Positions 13,768 through 26,907 of a DNA stretch of 64,000 nucleotides are shown here, in pieces. The notes beneath the pieces were generated by a model. The model saw nothing but the letters and a program-made list of their open reading frames with translations, was not told where the DNA came from and searched no databases. The position numbers were made by a program, and so were the translations under genes. Numbering within the stretch: the first letter of the stretch is position 1; the number at the start of each line of letters is the position of its first letter. Source of the stretch: Paraspadella gotoi (lineage: Eukaryota > Animalia > Chaetognatha); contig CM119269.1 of the NCBI GenBank assembly GCA_051294375.1, positions 1,897,601 through 1,961,600 of the forward strand. Reading direction: 5' to 3'.

Positions 13768-14795
13768 TCGCGACACCCTCACCTTGTCCCAGTATCTTCA
13801 TTCGGACGAAAAATGCTCTCCTCGCTCCGGGGACGAAGTTCGAGGATTGATCGGACCCGGAGGGACTCGAGAGGGGGGCGGAGTCGGGGGTGGTTGCCCC
13901 GGGGGGCGATGAAGAGGGGGATGTGGAAGGGGCTTTGCGGAGATCAAGCCTGAACGATAAAAAAAAAGGAGAAAAATTGGCTCTATTTTCTAAAAGCGCC
14001 ATTCATATCTGTACGTGAGATTAAGCTAAATCTATTTACAAATAAATTTATTTACAAATCTAATAAAATCTAATCTAATCTAATCTAATCTAAATCAAAT
14101 CTAAATCTAATCTAAATCAAATCAAATATAATTTTATAAATCTATTTATAAATTTTTAATCTAATCTTTAAATTAATCAAATGAAATCAACTCCAATCTT
14201 TAATCCTAATCCCTAATCTTAATTCCTTAATTTTTAACCTAATCTTTAACTGTAAACCTAACCCTTAAAATTAAAAACTAATTTTATTCCAAATTTAAGA
14301 TAAAATGAGACGTTATGGGAAAATAAGGCCGAAAAATGTTAGAATACATTTTTTTCTGCAAAAAAAAATAATTAATAAAATAATCACGAAATAATAAAAG
14401 TCAGCGGTGGCAGAGCATTGTTTCTTTGTTACTATAACACAAACTTTTCTAATTTGTTATTTTTTGGGAAATCTTGAAGCCGTGAACTCCTTTTCTCACC
14501 TTGGAACGGCGCCCGAATAATCACAAGAAAATTGGTGTTTGATGACAGCGATATCGTTGGGGTGAACGACGTCGAAGAGACTTCGACCTTAAAAGAAAAA
14601 AAAAATTATTGGATTATTTGTCGGCAGGAATTAGTATGTATGTATGTATGTTGCTGCCACTATTCGAGACTGGAAATTATGAAGGGGAAAATATTTTTTG
14701 AAAAAAAAACATTACTGCTCACTGCTCACATTAACTTTAATCTCAGGATTCATTGGAAAAACATGTTGGTTGGTTGGTTCGTTTCTTTCTTTTTT

Positions 14796-14866
<71 letters not shown>

Positions 14867-16746
14867 CTCTTTCTTTCTTTCTTTCTCTCTCTCTCACTCA
14901 CTCACCCACTAATCCGTCCACGTCGACTCCCAAAAAGTTCTTGACCGACTCCGAGGCGTGAAGGACTTGTCCGCGGTCGCCCTCAGCGACGACGACGAAA
15001 CCCGACGACATCTGCAGCACGATCCGCCGCAGCTCCGCTTCGCCGGCTGCGAGGGTTGCTGCGTCGCCGCTTCCGGAGCCGAGGATGCGGGGGAAGGTGG
15101 GCCGATTCTTGAAGGAGGAAGGATGGTGAGGTTTAGCTTTATTTAAATTTTAAATACATATACAGGATATGTATACAATATAGTTTTAGTTTTAGGGTTT
15201 TTTTTCCCTCACCGTGACGTTTCGTAATTCTGCGACGGCGGCTTTGAGTACAGAGATTTTGTCCAACCTTTTTTGACTAGATTTGTTTACGGTGATTAAT
15301 TGCGCTATTTCTGAGATTGGGAAAAGGAGAAAGAAAAGACGAATGAATAGAAGAATGAAGTGAAGAATGAATAAATGAATGAATAAATGAATGAATAAAT
15401 GAATGAATAAATTAATGAATGATTCAATCAATCAATCAATCATTCAAACCATTAATCAATCAATGGGATGGACCTGCAATTGACGCGTTCATTTTGTCTC
15501 GGCGCCTCTTCTCAATCTCGGAGTGGTTCGAACGATTCCGGTACATCTCAACGATGGCATTGGAGGTGCTGCCACGGGCGAGCGGATTGTCTGAATGGTG
15601 GAGGGAGACAAATAAGCAACTGGGAAACCAATCAAAACCAACCGACGAAACCAACCATCTCCGGGTCCCACGAACTGGTACATCATTTCCGAAGAATTGA
15701 GGTCCGACGGAGAGGATCGGCCCGATTCGGCCAACTCGGCCCAAAAGGCGCCGCCCGAGGGTCCGTCTCTCGTTGACGCGGCGCCGTCGCGCACCGAGAC
15801 GGCGGCGTCACCGCGGACGGCGAAGATGGCGCCGTCACGATGAGCGCGAAGGGCGTGGGCGGTGGGCTGGAGAAAAAAAAAAAGGAAAAATTCAATGAGA
15901 GTAAAAAAAAAAAAAGATTAATTATCATTAATCAATAAATACTACATTGCTTGTAAGTCATTAACTCTGCTTTCTCTCCTCACTATTAATGATTCATTTT
16001 CAAGGATGAATAAGTTTTTGGGCTCGCTGACGCATTTTCGTCCGTAGACGGGGTCGCTAGAATCTGAGAAAATTAATTAATTAATCAAATAATAAGTCAA
16101 AAAATAGATGGCAATTTTAGAATTTCACGAAATTCCTTATTTTAAGAAATTGGTACAACCAATGGTTTTAAATCATTTTAATTCATTTTTATTTTCACAA
16201 ACTAACTTTAAAATTCTAATAGAATAATAAAATCTCCAAAGACGAATTTCTCAAAGGAATTATAGAGGGACTCACCCGACGGATTGGATACTTCGCTGAG
16301 CCCTAGCAATTCGACGTCGGGACTGTATATTATACGGTGTATAATGTAGGGATAATGTATTGATGTTTAACGATAAAGCTTTATTTTAACAAATTATAAC
16401 GATCATCTTCACACCTTTTCATGACGTAGTGACTTTTGTCGTCGTTGAGTTTACGTCGTTTGGAACCGGAGACGAAAGAGATATTTTCCGCGGGAAAATA
16501 AATCCCGGGCTTCAATGAAAAAAAAACAAAACAAATAAACCATTGTGAATAAGGTATATATTGCGACTTGAATGTCGGAAAACGATTTACCTCAGATGTT
16601 GAAATACTGATTACTGAGGAAAGTGAGGAAGTTGCAGCACCTTAAAAAAATAGAAACGCTTAAAAAATTATAAGTATACTAGTATAAACATATCGCCAAA
16701 AATCTCAAGAAGTACTCATGGGATACATAAATATTCTAATAATATA

Positions 16747-16814
<68 letters not shown>

Positions 16815-16879
16815 CATAAATATTCTAATACTTAATACCTACCTCGACCCGCGGGATTCTCCCTTTCACGTTTCTCCAT
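9969..16879 (-). CDS. BMAL1: BMAL1/ARNTL/cycle-type bHLH-PAS circadian transcription factor, about 19 coding exons
   Basis: bHLH NHSEIEKRRRDKMN...RLDKISVLKAAV (~15213-15590). PAS-A GFVVVAEGDRGQVLHASESV / GRSLFDVVHPNDI / PGARRAFFVRMK / YVTLHCQGFLKTW. PAS-B FASRHTPDGKYVWAD...LGYLPQE / FTNPSTKEIEF. C-terminal MAFIMQ|ILEADAGLGGTVDTPDFPWPWTM* matches the BMAL1 transactivation domain (last exon 10040-9969). The 5' exons are less certain. Confidence 0.93.
13365..13530 (+). mobile_element. Possible tRNA-derived SINE head in a BMAL1 intron
   Basis: T-arm-like CCGGG-TTCAACC-CCTGG (13426-13442) contains a B-box in a GC-richer intronic patch. No full cloverleaf is visible and the boundaries are approximate. 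Confidence 0.3.
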
Positions 16880-18005
16880 CGTCGGAAGCGCTATTCCAAC
16901 AGCCTAAATGAACAATGAGAAGACAAGATTAACGTGAAAGCTGGGGTAGTGATTGATCGCTATGGTAGTTATTGATCGCTATGGTATTTATTGATCGCTA
17001 GGGTAGTGATTGATAGCTGGTTTAAAATTCTCTTCACCTCTCTCTATGACCAACCCGTTCTCAGCAACTTCAATAGCGCAGATCCGACCGTATCATCTTG
17101 CGGAATTCGTGCGACTCGTTGCAAATCATTTTAGCGGCGTAGTCTTTGAATCTGTCCGGTTTTTTTGGGGGCGATTTTTCGTCCATTTTGATTAAAGATG
17201 TTTTCAGTTTTTAATATTATCTCCGAGTTTATCACAAGTTTTCATAGACGTCACTAAAAGTCATGTAATAAAAAAATTAATAGATTTTCGTTTTGTTTTG
17301 TTTTTTTTTGTGTAGGTTCGGTCGTAAAACTAGTATAACGGCTACAACGCTACAGAACTACAGTAAAACAAGTGCTTTTCACGCTATTTTTGTTTGTTTT
17401 TATGTTGGCTTTGGTTCTCACACGAGTGCGGGAGTCAACTCTAAAAAAAAAGAACATCGCAATAGAAAAAAGAAAAGTGCGAAGACGACGAGAAACTTCG
17501 CTTCGTAAAACTAAAGGAATAAAAACTCTGTAGGCGACTAGAGATGTAAAAAAAAAAAGCAGTATTATCTCTGTATAAAATATGAAAACTCCATATGAGA
17601 CACAGTGATATTTTGATTAAACAAATGACAACTTGAACATTATTAAACGATTATAAAAGTATTAATTTAAACCAGTCAAATTTATTAGAATATTTGAGTC
17701 TTATAAAAAAACGGAAACAAGAACCTCGTGCAAGTGAAATCGGTGATTCACTGTATCAATAGGTTTTGCGAATACTTGATGTTAAGGCTGTAGCAGTAAA
17801 GTTTTAATATTGCGAACGAATGCATTCACCAGCTTTGGACACGAGAATAACATTGGCGAGATTCGAACATGAAAAATAAATATACGAATTTTGCTAATGA
17901 GAATATACCGAATGATTTATTTAGTAAATCGATTATTGATCAACAGGATATACTTCCTTGTAGATACAAAAATTTAATTCAAACTCTTTTGTTTTTTTTT
18001 GTTTG

Positions 18006-18036
<31 letters not shown>

Positions 18037-19311
18037 GCTGATCAGGTTTCTTTTCATTTTATATTTTTATCACTATAAATTTTTTTTTTGCGTTTACCAG
18101 AACATTTTTTTTTCGTTGAATCAATTAACGATTTAAACCAACATCCGTGCACCCACATTTAGTTATGACTAAAAAAAAAGCAAATATTAAAGGCTTCCAT
18201 TTGTCAGAGAAATAAGCACGACAAATAAATAGAGCGCGTAACCTGAAAATAACCTGATGAAAAGTTGCAGAAAAACTGAAAAGAAGGTCATGTGACGGAA
18301 ATACGGCAGGAAAGGAAAACATGTTTTTTTTTTGGTTTTTTTTTGGTTTTTTATCATCAGATCATCAGCAACAGTGTAGACTCCGTTCTTCTGGAAGAAA
18401 GAACAGTTCTACCGCCAATGATAGGATTTATATATATACCATAAGCACCGCAACGAAATTCAAATATTTGTTGTCGTAGTTTGTTTTTTTTACTCAACGC
18501 GAAATGATTATTGCTAAAAAATTTCGAAAGAGACGTTCATACGCTTACAATCGAACAAATATTAAGGGTTATTTATTTGACGCTAAACAAAAAAAAAATT
18601 TCACATTTTCTTTAATTTTGCTAAAATTCAATGTCTAATAAAAATGAATTCATTCTAACAACAACTCTAATATTAAACAAAGTAATGCTTATCAAAAGCT
18701 AAGCTCCTATATAACAATGCCTAAACTACGAAACATAAAAAACAAATCATGGAATCGGACAACCTTATGTTGTCACGTAACACTAATTTTAAATATCCAC
18801 GTTAAACTTCAAGTTTAATTCAATCGTATTCGTCTCCTTTCTAATACTTATCAAGGTCTATACAGTGTATACGCAGCTTTATAATTGCTATAAAAAAAGC
18901 AAGACATTAGTGTGCGAAATGGAATAATTAAATTTCTGCATAACTTACGAATTAAAATCGCGGAAAAGCTGCCTTTAATTAATAATTAAGGTATATAATT
19001 AATATTTCTCGGAAAAGGAAAAATACTAAAAAAATTCTCCTTTAAAACGGGACGAATATTAGATTAGTAGCATCATGTGCTGACGATTTTCAATGCCGAC
19101 GTAACCTAGACGCAACGCCGACGATGACCTCGAGGCAAAACTCGGATTGCAAAACCGAACAACCTCGACACTTTGAATGCAACGATCGAAACGATCACTG
19201 AGCACTGCCGAGCAGAACACTCCCAAGCAACTCCCGAGCACTCCCAAGCAACAAATTATCACCACACACCCCCAGCGCTGACCCAACCTTACCCGATACC
19301 AACTTGCCACC

Positions 19312-20122
19312 TCACCCTTCCATAAAAATCCCGGTGGCCAAAATTGGTCCCGTGCTCATCGTCTGGCAACCGGCGTCGACCAAGTTTCCCCTGACCACCG
19401 GCGCCGCAATTTTGACGATTGCGGCGTCACCCTCTTGGTCGTCGAACTGACCCGGCGCCGCCGCTCCGTTTACGGCGCTTCTCGTGGACGGCGCCACGAC
19501 ACGTTGGCCGGCGACGCCTTGATCGGCCGGCACGAGACGCAAGGGCGCCTCGTTAGGGATGTAACTAAGAACGGGCACAGCGTTCACTACGACGTCATCT
19601 CCAAATTCCGGCGCCATCGAAGCCGAAGGCGCCGTTTTTTCGGATGCCGCGCGACCCGGAGTACCCGGCGTTCCCGGAGCGGGTCGATCTTCGGTGGCGC
19701 CGTAATTGGCGGCGTAGCGTCTGACGGCGCGCTCGAGCTCGTCGCGGTGGTGGTGGTGGCGGCGGTCGCCGCCGCCGCCGCCGCCGCTGTAGGCCGGTGA
19801 AGCGATGCCGTCCATCGAGGAAGTCGAAGATCGACGCGATGAACGCTTGTGAAACGCCGCTACCGATGACGCCGCGTCATCCGAGACGCTGAAGGACGCC
19901 GTCAACGCCCGCAGTTCTTTCAAATCGCCGCCAGAGTCGCCGTCGTAGTGCCAAACGTCGACGGCCTGGAAACGAAGGGAGATATTCGGCTGGAGCCTGG
20001 AGACTTTGTCTCTTTCTCTCATGTGGTCACTGAAATTTCTCTACTAAAAATTACAAAACCCATAAATGTCCTTTTCTTTTATTATTTTTTTTTTTCTTCT
20101 TTCTTTCTTTCTTTCTTTCTTT

Positions 20123-20178
<56 letters not shown>

Positions 20179-20179
20179 T

Positions 20180-20210
<31 letters not shown>

Positions 20211-23200
20211 CATTTTCTCGATTTCAAGGATATAAATGATCGATAATTAGAAGAAGTAGATATTTTTTCTTTATATTTTTAACGTCACGTCAACTGTAAT
20301 ACGATCGTCACCATCGTCGTCGTCATCGTCGTCGTCATCGATATAGCTTTCTCTTTGGTCTCGTTTTTCATTGAAACTTTTCTCACATTGGATTTTCGAA
20401 GGTCATCTCTTTCTTCGTCGCGTCAACGGGTCACGGTCGTTTTCTTTGGAGCAGCGCTCAAACAAAACAGCGGCTGACGTCTATAGGTTAAATTTAATCG
20501 GACGTATGTTTTGCGTTGTCGATGAGAATGAAAATAAGATGAAAAAGATACTTAAAGCGCAAGCCACCAAAGAAACAAAGGGGGGGGGGCCGTAAAATAA
20601 ATTGTAAAATACATTAACGGTATTCAAAACATATTTGAATAACGATGATGTGTGGCGAATCCGAATTTAGCCTCCCGTATAGCTTGGTGAAACTCGGCTC
20701 GTCCCATAGGCATGGACAGCAAAGTACTCATTCACCAAGCGTGACTTCCGCGTTCAATGCCCTAACACTAATAGACATGCTGGTTAAATGTGCAGGTCCA
20801 AAAGCCTATTCGTCAACTGTCGGGAGATGCCTTACATCCCGGGCATCACGCATGTCTCCCCATTGCCTTACATGACCTATTTATTTGAAAAAAATATCAA
20901 ATTTCGGGAACGGGTTTATTTCAAATTCAATTATCGAGATTAAGGTAATTTTTTCCTGTCCGCCTTTTCTTTCTGCGTAATAAGCGGGAGAGGAAAAGTT
21001 AGAAAGAAAGAAAAAAGAAAATTCAATGAATAATTAGAGTTCATAATCTCAGAAAAAAAAACCGGTTGAATTTTCAAGAATGACGACAGACGAGAGTAAA
21101 ATCCTTTAAAAAAAAATAAGTTGCTGGTATCGGTCGACGTTCGTATATTAAGAGGAAAGGTCATTCATTTTAACAATGCATACTCATTGATGTATTAGAG
21201 CTAATACATAGAGAAATACATTATAGTCATCAGTAAGCACAAAAAAAATAAAATTTTATTATGTTTTAAATATTTTTTTTAAATCGGTAAATAACAAAAT
21301 TGTCAAGTTAAATCGCTAAGCACATTTTTTAAAGATTTGTTTTTCAATCTGGTTGTTAAAAAATTCTAGGTAAGAAGTAAAAACATGGATAATTTAGAAG
21401 GGCAGAATTAAACAATTAATCTTATTACTCTGTTGATTTTCCAGTCATGAACAAAATCTTCAGTTAAATAGATGGTATAGAGATTCAAGCTAAAATGAAT
21501 CTACATTGAATTTGAGGAGTTGCAGCATAAACGACTGAAATAATATTGATTTAAAAATTTGATTAGCAATCTTAAAAACATTTGTAAAAATGTAATAGAG
21601 AGACATTTTGATAAAAGCGTTCCAGTTGGGAAGAACTCGGGGTTAAAGTTTAAAAACGTTTCATTTTCAAGGATACAAATTAAAATTTAAAAATGTCTCT
21701 CTATTACATTTTTCGAATTCACTAATAAAAAATTCATAAAAAATATCAGATGGATTGGCTTTTTCGTTTGACCTGCAACTCTTCAGATAGGTTTCTTTTA
21801 TTTTATGTTATAATTAAAACCGATATAAAATGGCGTAGAATGCATCAAATGTTTAAAGTGAACCTATTTTGAAGTTGATTTGAATGACCCTTTTTCTTAA
21901 AAACTTTAAATTTATAAAAAAAATTAATGAATTTTTTTCAGTCGCAGACCTTAAAACAATTCCCCGTACTCACCTTCCACTTGGCGGAGGCTCCCTTCGG
22001 CCCGACGACGGCATTGAAGCAGACGTGGTCGCCGATCTGCAGCACTTTGGTCAAGAGGCTCGACATCTCGGCGTGGTTGGCCGATGGAGCGAAGTGAAAC
22101 ACCTCCGCGTCGAAGAAGACCTAATTGGTACGGGTGGGTTACAGTATTATTAGTAATGTGGGACCAACTCCGGAGATAATATAAAATTTTGACTATTAGC
22201 AAAGTTTTTTAGTTGTCTTGACTAAATATTTAAGCAATCATTTTCCAAAAAAAATTAAATTATACGTCTTGATTATTACATTAAATATTACTTGTCTTTT
22301 TTCACAATATAAATTTTCTTTTTGAAATCTTAAAATTTTTTTGACGGATATAAAAAGTTAAACGAGAATTATTAATTACAGCTTTTAAAAATTCTTACGT
22401 TTTCTGAGTGAAAATTAAAAAAAACTGATAAAATCATCAAAAGATTTTTTTTTTTTTTTACGATTTTTTACGGTTTTTCTTATTTTTGACTCTCTTATCA
22501 TGAAAATATTTAAAAACGAATTATACTTTGTGTAGACAACTTTTTATGAGCTATCTGAATCTGGCATTAAAATTTAAAAATTATCAAACAAAAATGTTAA
22601 AAAATTAATTATTTGGGAATAAAGCCATATAAGAAATGTTTTGTCCATTAAAAGTATTCTTCAAAATGTATAAATTTTCGTTTGAACATGTAATCATTCT
22701 AAATTTTTGACTCACCCCATTGACTGGGGCTACCCCTACCATTACAGTACCAGTTTCGATATCGTACGTCTCTAAATCTCTGGTTTTCGACTTAATTTAA
22801 GCTAGAACACTTGAAACAAGGCTCACGATCAATTTACGGACCTGTTCAGAGTTTCCGTTGTCTATGATCCCAAACTTCGGGAAAACCTGAAAAAGACAAA
22901 ACGATAAAACGTCATTAAAAATACCAAAGAGGTAAGGGCCAAGAAGGTAATTAAACTTTAAAGGATGAGGTTTCGAGCGACAACAACGAATCGGACGAAC
23001 CTTCATGACGATTCCGAACTGACAAACGAGCGAAGGCTCTTGATTCGCGACGGCGACGGGAATAGCTGACGTCGAGGAAGTGGGAGATCCCGACGAGGCG
23101 CTGGACATCCCGCCCCCGATGACGCCGACGCCGCCGACGCCGCCCTCCGGCTTCAAACTGACGGTGCCGTCCACCGTGACGTTGAAAATGTTTTGGTGAC

Positions 23201-24860
23201 GTCGCAAGAATCTCGACTGATCGTCGCGGGTCACGCCCACAGCGTTCCTTGAATTTAAATAAACAAGATCGGTTCACCCAATGTGTTGCGTAGCAGTGAC
23301 TTTATTTTCAGTTGTGTATTTCTCGTGACATGACATAGTATGACATAACTACATGACTACAACAACTTTCTTAGCCTGACACGCTCTGCATCGGAATTCC
23401 GTCTTTTATTCTTTATAGTTTTAGGATTTCCTGAAGGCGGCGCTCGCAGTCCCTTATATTTGAGGTTTTTTCTGTCTTAACAAATGAGCAACTAACTATA
23501 GGCAAATTATGTGCATTTTTAACGTAAGTAGGACAGACCGATGGACAGACATACCGACCGACCGACCGACCGACAGATCGATGCCGCCTCCACCTCCGCT
23601 TTCCTCACCTCACTCCCTCCGGGGCGACGGCCATGAGTTTAGCCAAAGCGCCGAAGGTAAGTTTGGGCCTTTTTTGCAGCAGCCGCAGCAGGAAGGTCAG
23701 CGCCCTTGTGTCGTTCGGGTGGAGGCGCCCGCGCCCGCGACCCAGTTGAGGGGAGAAGGGCGCCGACCCGGGCGAGGAACCGTTGAGGGCGCGGGCGGCG
23801 ACGCCCTCGGGTCGCCCCTCGGCGTCGCCGTTCGCGGACGAGGTGACGCGCTCGCGCAGTGCGACGTACTCGCCTTGTACCTGACAGAAAATTGGGCGAA
23901 CGATGGATACGAACCGGATATTGATCTCCGGTAACGCTTTGACATTCACGAAATTCTTCAAAGGATCAAAGAATTTAAATACCAGTTAATTCTCGCCTTG
24001 TGTTTCAGCGCAGCCCTTTATCCCTTAGAACGTCAGCAATGAGTCAAACCAATGCAAGCGGTCGAAACGAACCGCTGCAACGCAACTCACCTCGAAGACT
24101 TCTGGATACTTGAGGAGAAACTTCTTGAAGTCAGTCTGCGGCCCGACGAACTTGCGAACATCGTTTGACGACTGACTCGCGTATCCGGCGACGGAAACGA
24201 TCGGAAGGAACTTCTCCTCTTTGCGCGCCATCTTCATCTTGAAGTAGTTGACGGCGTCGGCCTTAAGGGGTCGTTGGGGAGAGATTGGGGGAGATTTTTA
24301 AATTTGGTTGCCAACAACTCGGTCAATGTCGCTGGTGGAATAGAAATTTTTTAAATTTAAATTTCGTAATCGACCAAAAAATTATTTAGTGGCGATCTAT
24401 TTAACCCGACTGTTTGGCAGATTGAGATTGCCCGTTTTGTACGCTCAAAACAGGACATTATCCAAAAAAACACAAGAAAGTATACTGAAAACAACAAAAA
24501 CTAAAACAAAGACTAATATAAAAAACAAAATAAAACAAAAACAAAAAAAACCCGCGAACACGCATCAACGCAACGTTGAAAAGGGCCGAATGTCAAAAAT
24601 ATGTTTACAAACAAAACTTTTCCTCAAACTATGTAGAACCCCAAGAGGCCTTGTCACCTCGACCGATGATCCCCCGTACGTGGAGCTGGCCGAGGCCCGA
24701 TCAGCGGCGCCGCCACCGGCTCCAGCGCCGCCTCCGCCCGACGCCATCTGGGGCGCCACGGCGTCGCCCTTGACGACGAAGAGCGAAGGAAAACGAGAGA
24801 GAAACTTTTTGACGCCATCTTCGGAATCAGAGACGGCGGCACGAATGCCTATGGGGAGAG

Positions 24861-24923
<63 letters not shown>

Positions 24924-25189
24924 AAAAAATGAGAAGGGGAAAAAGAAAAGAAAGAAGAAATGACTCGTAAATTACAGAATTTCCGACACGAGCGAGTTCA
25001 TTCATTAATTCAATCAATGATTCATTAATTGGTCTCATTCATTCCATTCACATTTCACGACCCAATACCAGGGCCGCATTCCTTGTCGTCCAGATGGCTG
25101 TACAAGTCGGCGACTGCGACGAAGCCTTCGTAGCGATAGAGCACGTCGAGGAAGAAGAGGATCGTCTCGTGGGCGTGAGAGTCTGACAT
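19312..25189 (-). CDS. Egalitarian/LIN-66-like RNA-binding adaptor: 3 winged-helix repeats, OB/cold-shock-like fold and a dynein light chain motif; 8 coding exons
   Basis: Repeats ETILFFLDVL...GVKKFLSRFPSLFVVKGDAV, DAVNYFKMKM...FKKFLLKYPEVFEVQGEYV and RALTFLLRLL...RFLRRHQNIFNV resemble the Egl N-terminal repeats. These are followed by GIVMKVFPKFGII...VFFDAEVF...LQIGDHVCFNAV...KWKAVDVW and a C-terminal VDAGCQTMSTGPILATGIF. Confidence 0.8.
20651..20870 (-). mobile_element. Diverged member of the short structured repeat family (solo-LTR/MITE-like)
   Basis: On the minus strand it starts TAAGGCAA, contains GTGATGCCC...GGCATCTC and ends CGCCACA like the 27633 and 31356 copies. Flanks are GATG/CATG. 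An internal perfect inverted repeat lies at 20681-20690 / 20731-20740. Confidence 0.5.
21512..21786. mobile_element. Fold-back/MITE-like inverted repeat in an intron
   Basis: Perfect 24-bp inverted repeat at 21586-21609 / 21690-21713, plus outer imperfect arms at about 21512-21534 / 21764-21786. Confidence 0.6.
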
Positions 25190-25592
25190 GGCGGCGGCGT
25201 CGTTGTCGTTGTTGTTGTTTGTCTTTTGTTTTATTGCTATATTTGGTGATTTATATATATATATATATTCCTGAGTGTGTAGTTTGAAGTTTGATTTTTA
25301 TCGGACTGGTTGATTATAGTTTCGACGGGTTTATGAGTTCCTATTTTCTAAGTTTCTAATGCTGTTGGACGTTTTACTTTCAACGAGGCTGACGCGATCG
25401 CACGTGAGGACGAAAAAAAATTGTTAGAGTATTACAATTACGTTTCAGGTTTTTACGTTTAATTGATGCTGTAATTTTCTTAATACTTCTTATTACTTCT
25501 TCTTCTTCTTCTCCGGCTTTGTTGGAAAATCTGCCAAGCCTGAATGGAGAAGAATAACGCGTTTTTGCGTAAGTTGAAGGTAGCAAATTAAG

Positions 25593-25708
<116 letters not shown>

Positions 25709-25865
25709 AAAAACGAGTTTCTCTCGAACGTCTCCAGATAATTCTTTGTTTCTAACGACCGCTTTTTAAATACGAAGGTGGGCGAAGCCTGTTTTTTTGG
25801 AAACGTTTTCCGCCAAAAAATTTCCAGTCTAAAAACAGTTTATTCCTTCACCTTCGTTGAACTTA

Positions 25866-26099
25866 CCTTTCCCTCCGTCGAGAAAGAGAGTCAGGAGAGC
25901 GAGGGGAGCGTGCTCCTTCCTCACCCGATCGATTTATGTCTCTTGAACTGGGAGGGTGTCGTCGTTGTCGTTCGGTTTTCCCGTTTGTTGCTGTAGTAGT
26001 CGGACGATGTTGTTGTTGTTGTTGTTGTCGTCTTCCTCTATCCACCTTCCAGAGGTTCTTCGCTTGAAGAACCACCGGTTGATCGGTCTAGGGACCAAC
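25866..26099 (-). other. Probable 5' UTR exon of the Egalitarian-like gene
   Basis: GC-richer block bounded by a TTTTTCAG acceptor and AAG|GTAAGT donor on the minus strand, upstream of ATG 25189. Boundaries approximate. Confidence 0.5.
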
Positions 26100-26907
26100 C
26101 TGAAAAAAAAAAAGGAATTGAACTGATAGGAAATTGGAATAGATTTTTTAAATAAATGAAGATGTCCCGAATTTTTTCATACCAAACTATCATCCTTCAT
26201 TATATTTTTTCTATAGTTTCATTGCAATGAGTTTTGCTAAATTAAGGTACCATAATAATAAATTTTTAAAAAAATAAAACATGGTTTTGAAAAAAATTGT
26301 GTTTTGCGTGATAGTAATTTTAACACGTATTTGTGCGCCACATTTAAGATTAGAGCATGCGGTTTACAGTTCACTTCGTATAAGATTAGCGCTTGTGTCA
26401 TCATTGATGTGAATCCTAGAAAAACGTAATAAAGAAAACAAATTGATGATGATTCACAAGGAAGACATAAAAATTCGGTATTGCAGGAAGCAGAAATCTC
26501 ACTAATCCACCAACAAGAAACAAAAGAACGTTCTCGCATTCGGCAGAGACCTCTCAAGGGGAATTTGTGAATTAAAATATCCCTCTCCAAGGAAACCGCA
26601 AAAGCCAATCGATTTTTCAAGGGATTTTTCATCAAATAGCTTGTAGGGGTTGCCTAATGAACCAGTCATTGCAGTAAAATTTTAAAGGTCAGGCTGTGAG
26701 AATCCGGGATCTTTGAAGTGTTGAGTGTTATGAGAACTTTCTCAGTAAGAATCAGAAATGGAAACTATTGGGTAAATTAAATAACTCTAATCTTGAAAAA
26801 CATCTTGACCGGATCTCCGCATTGACTCAAACTCTTATTAAAAAATGACGCCTTAAAACCGAAAAATACCGTAATAAATAAAAAAAAAGAGAAAAGTTAT
26901 AAAAACG

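Noticed and set aside
14040-14270. Interstitial telomeric repeat
   Set aside because: Degenerate AATCT/AAATC low-complexity sequence without consistent TTAGGG or TTAGG periodicity.
15460-15744. ARNT/tango identity for the bHLH-PAS gene
   Set aside because: EKRRRDKMN and the EADAGLGG...PWP tail are characteristic of BMAL1/cycle.
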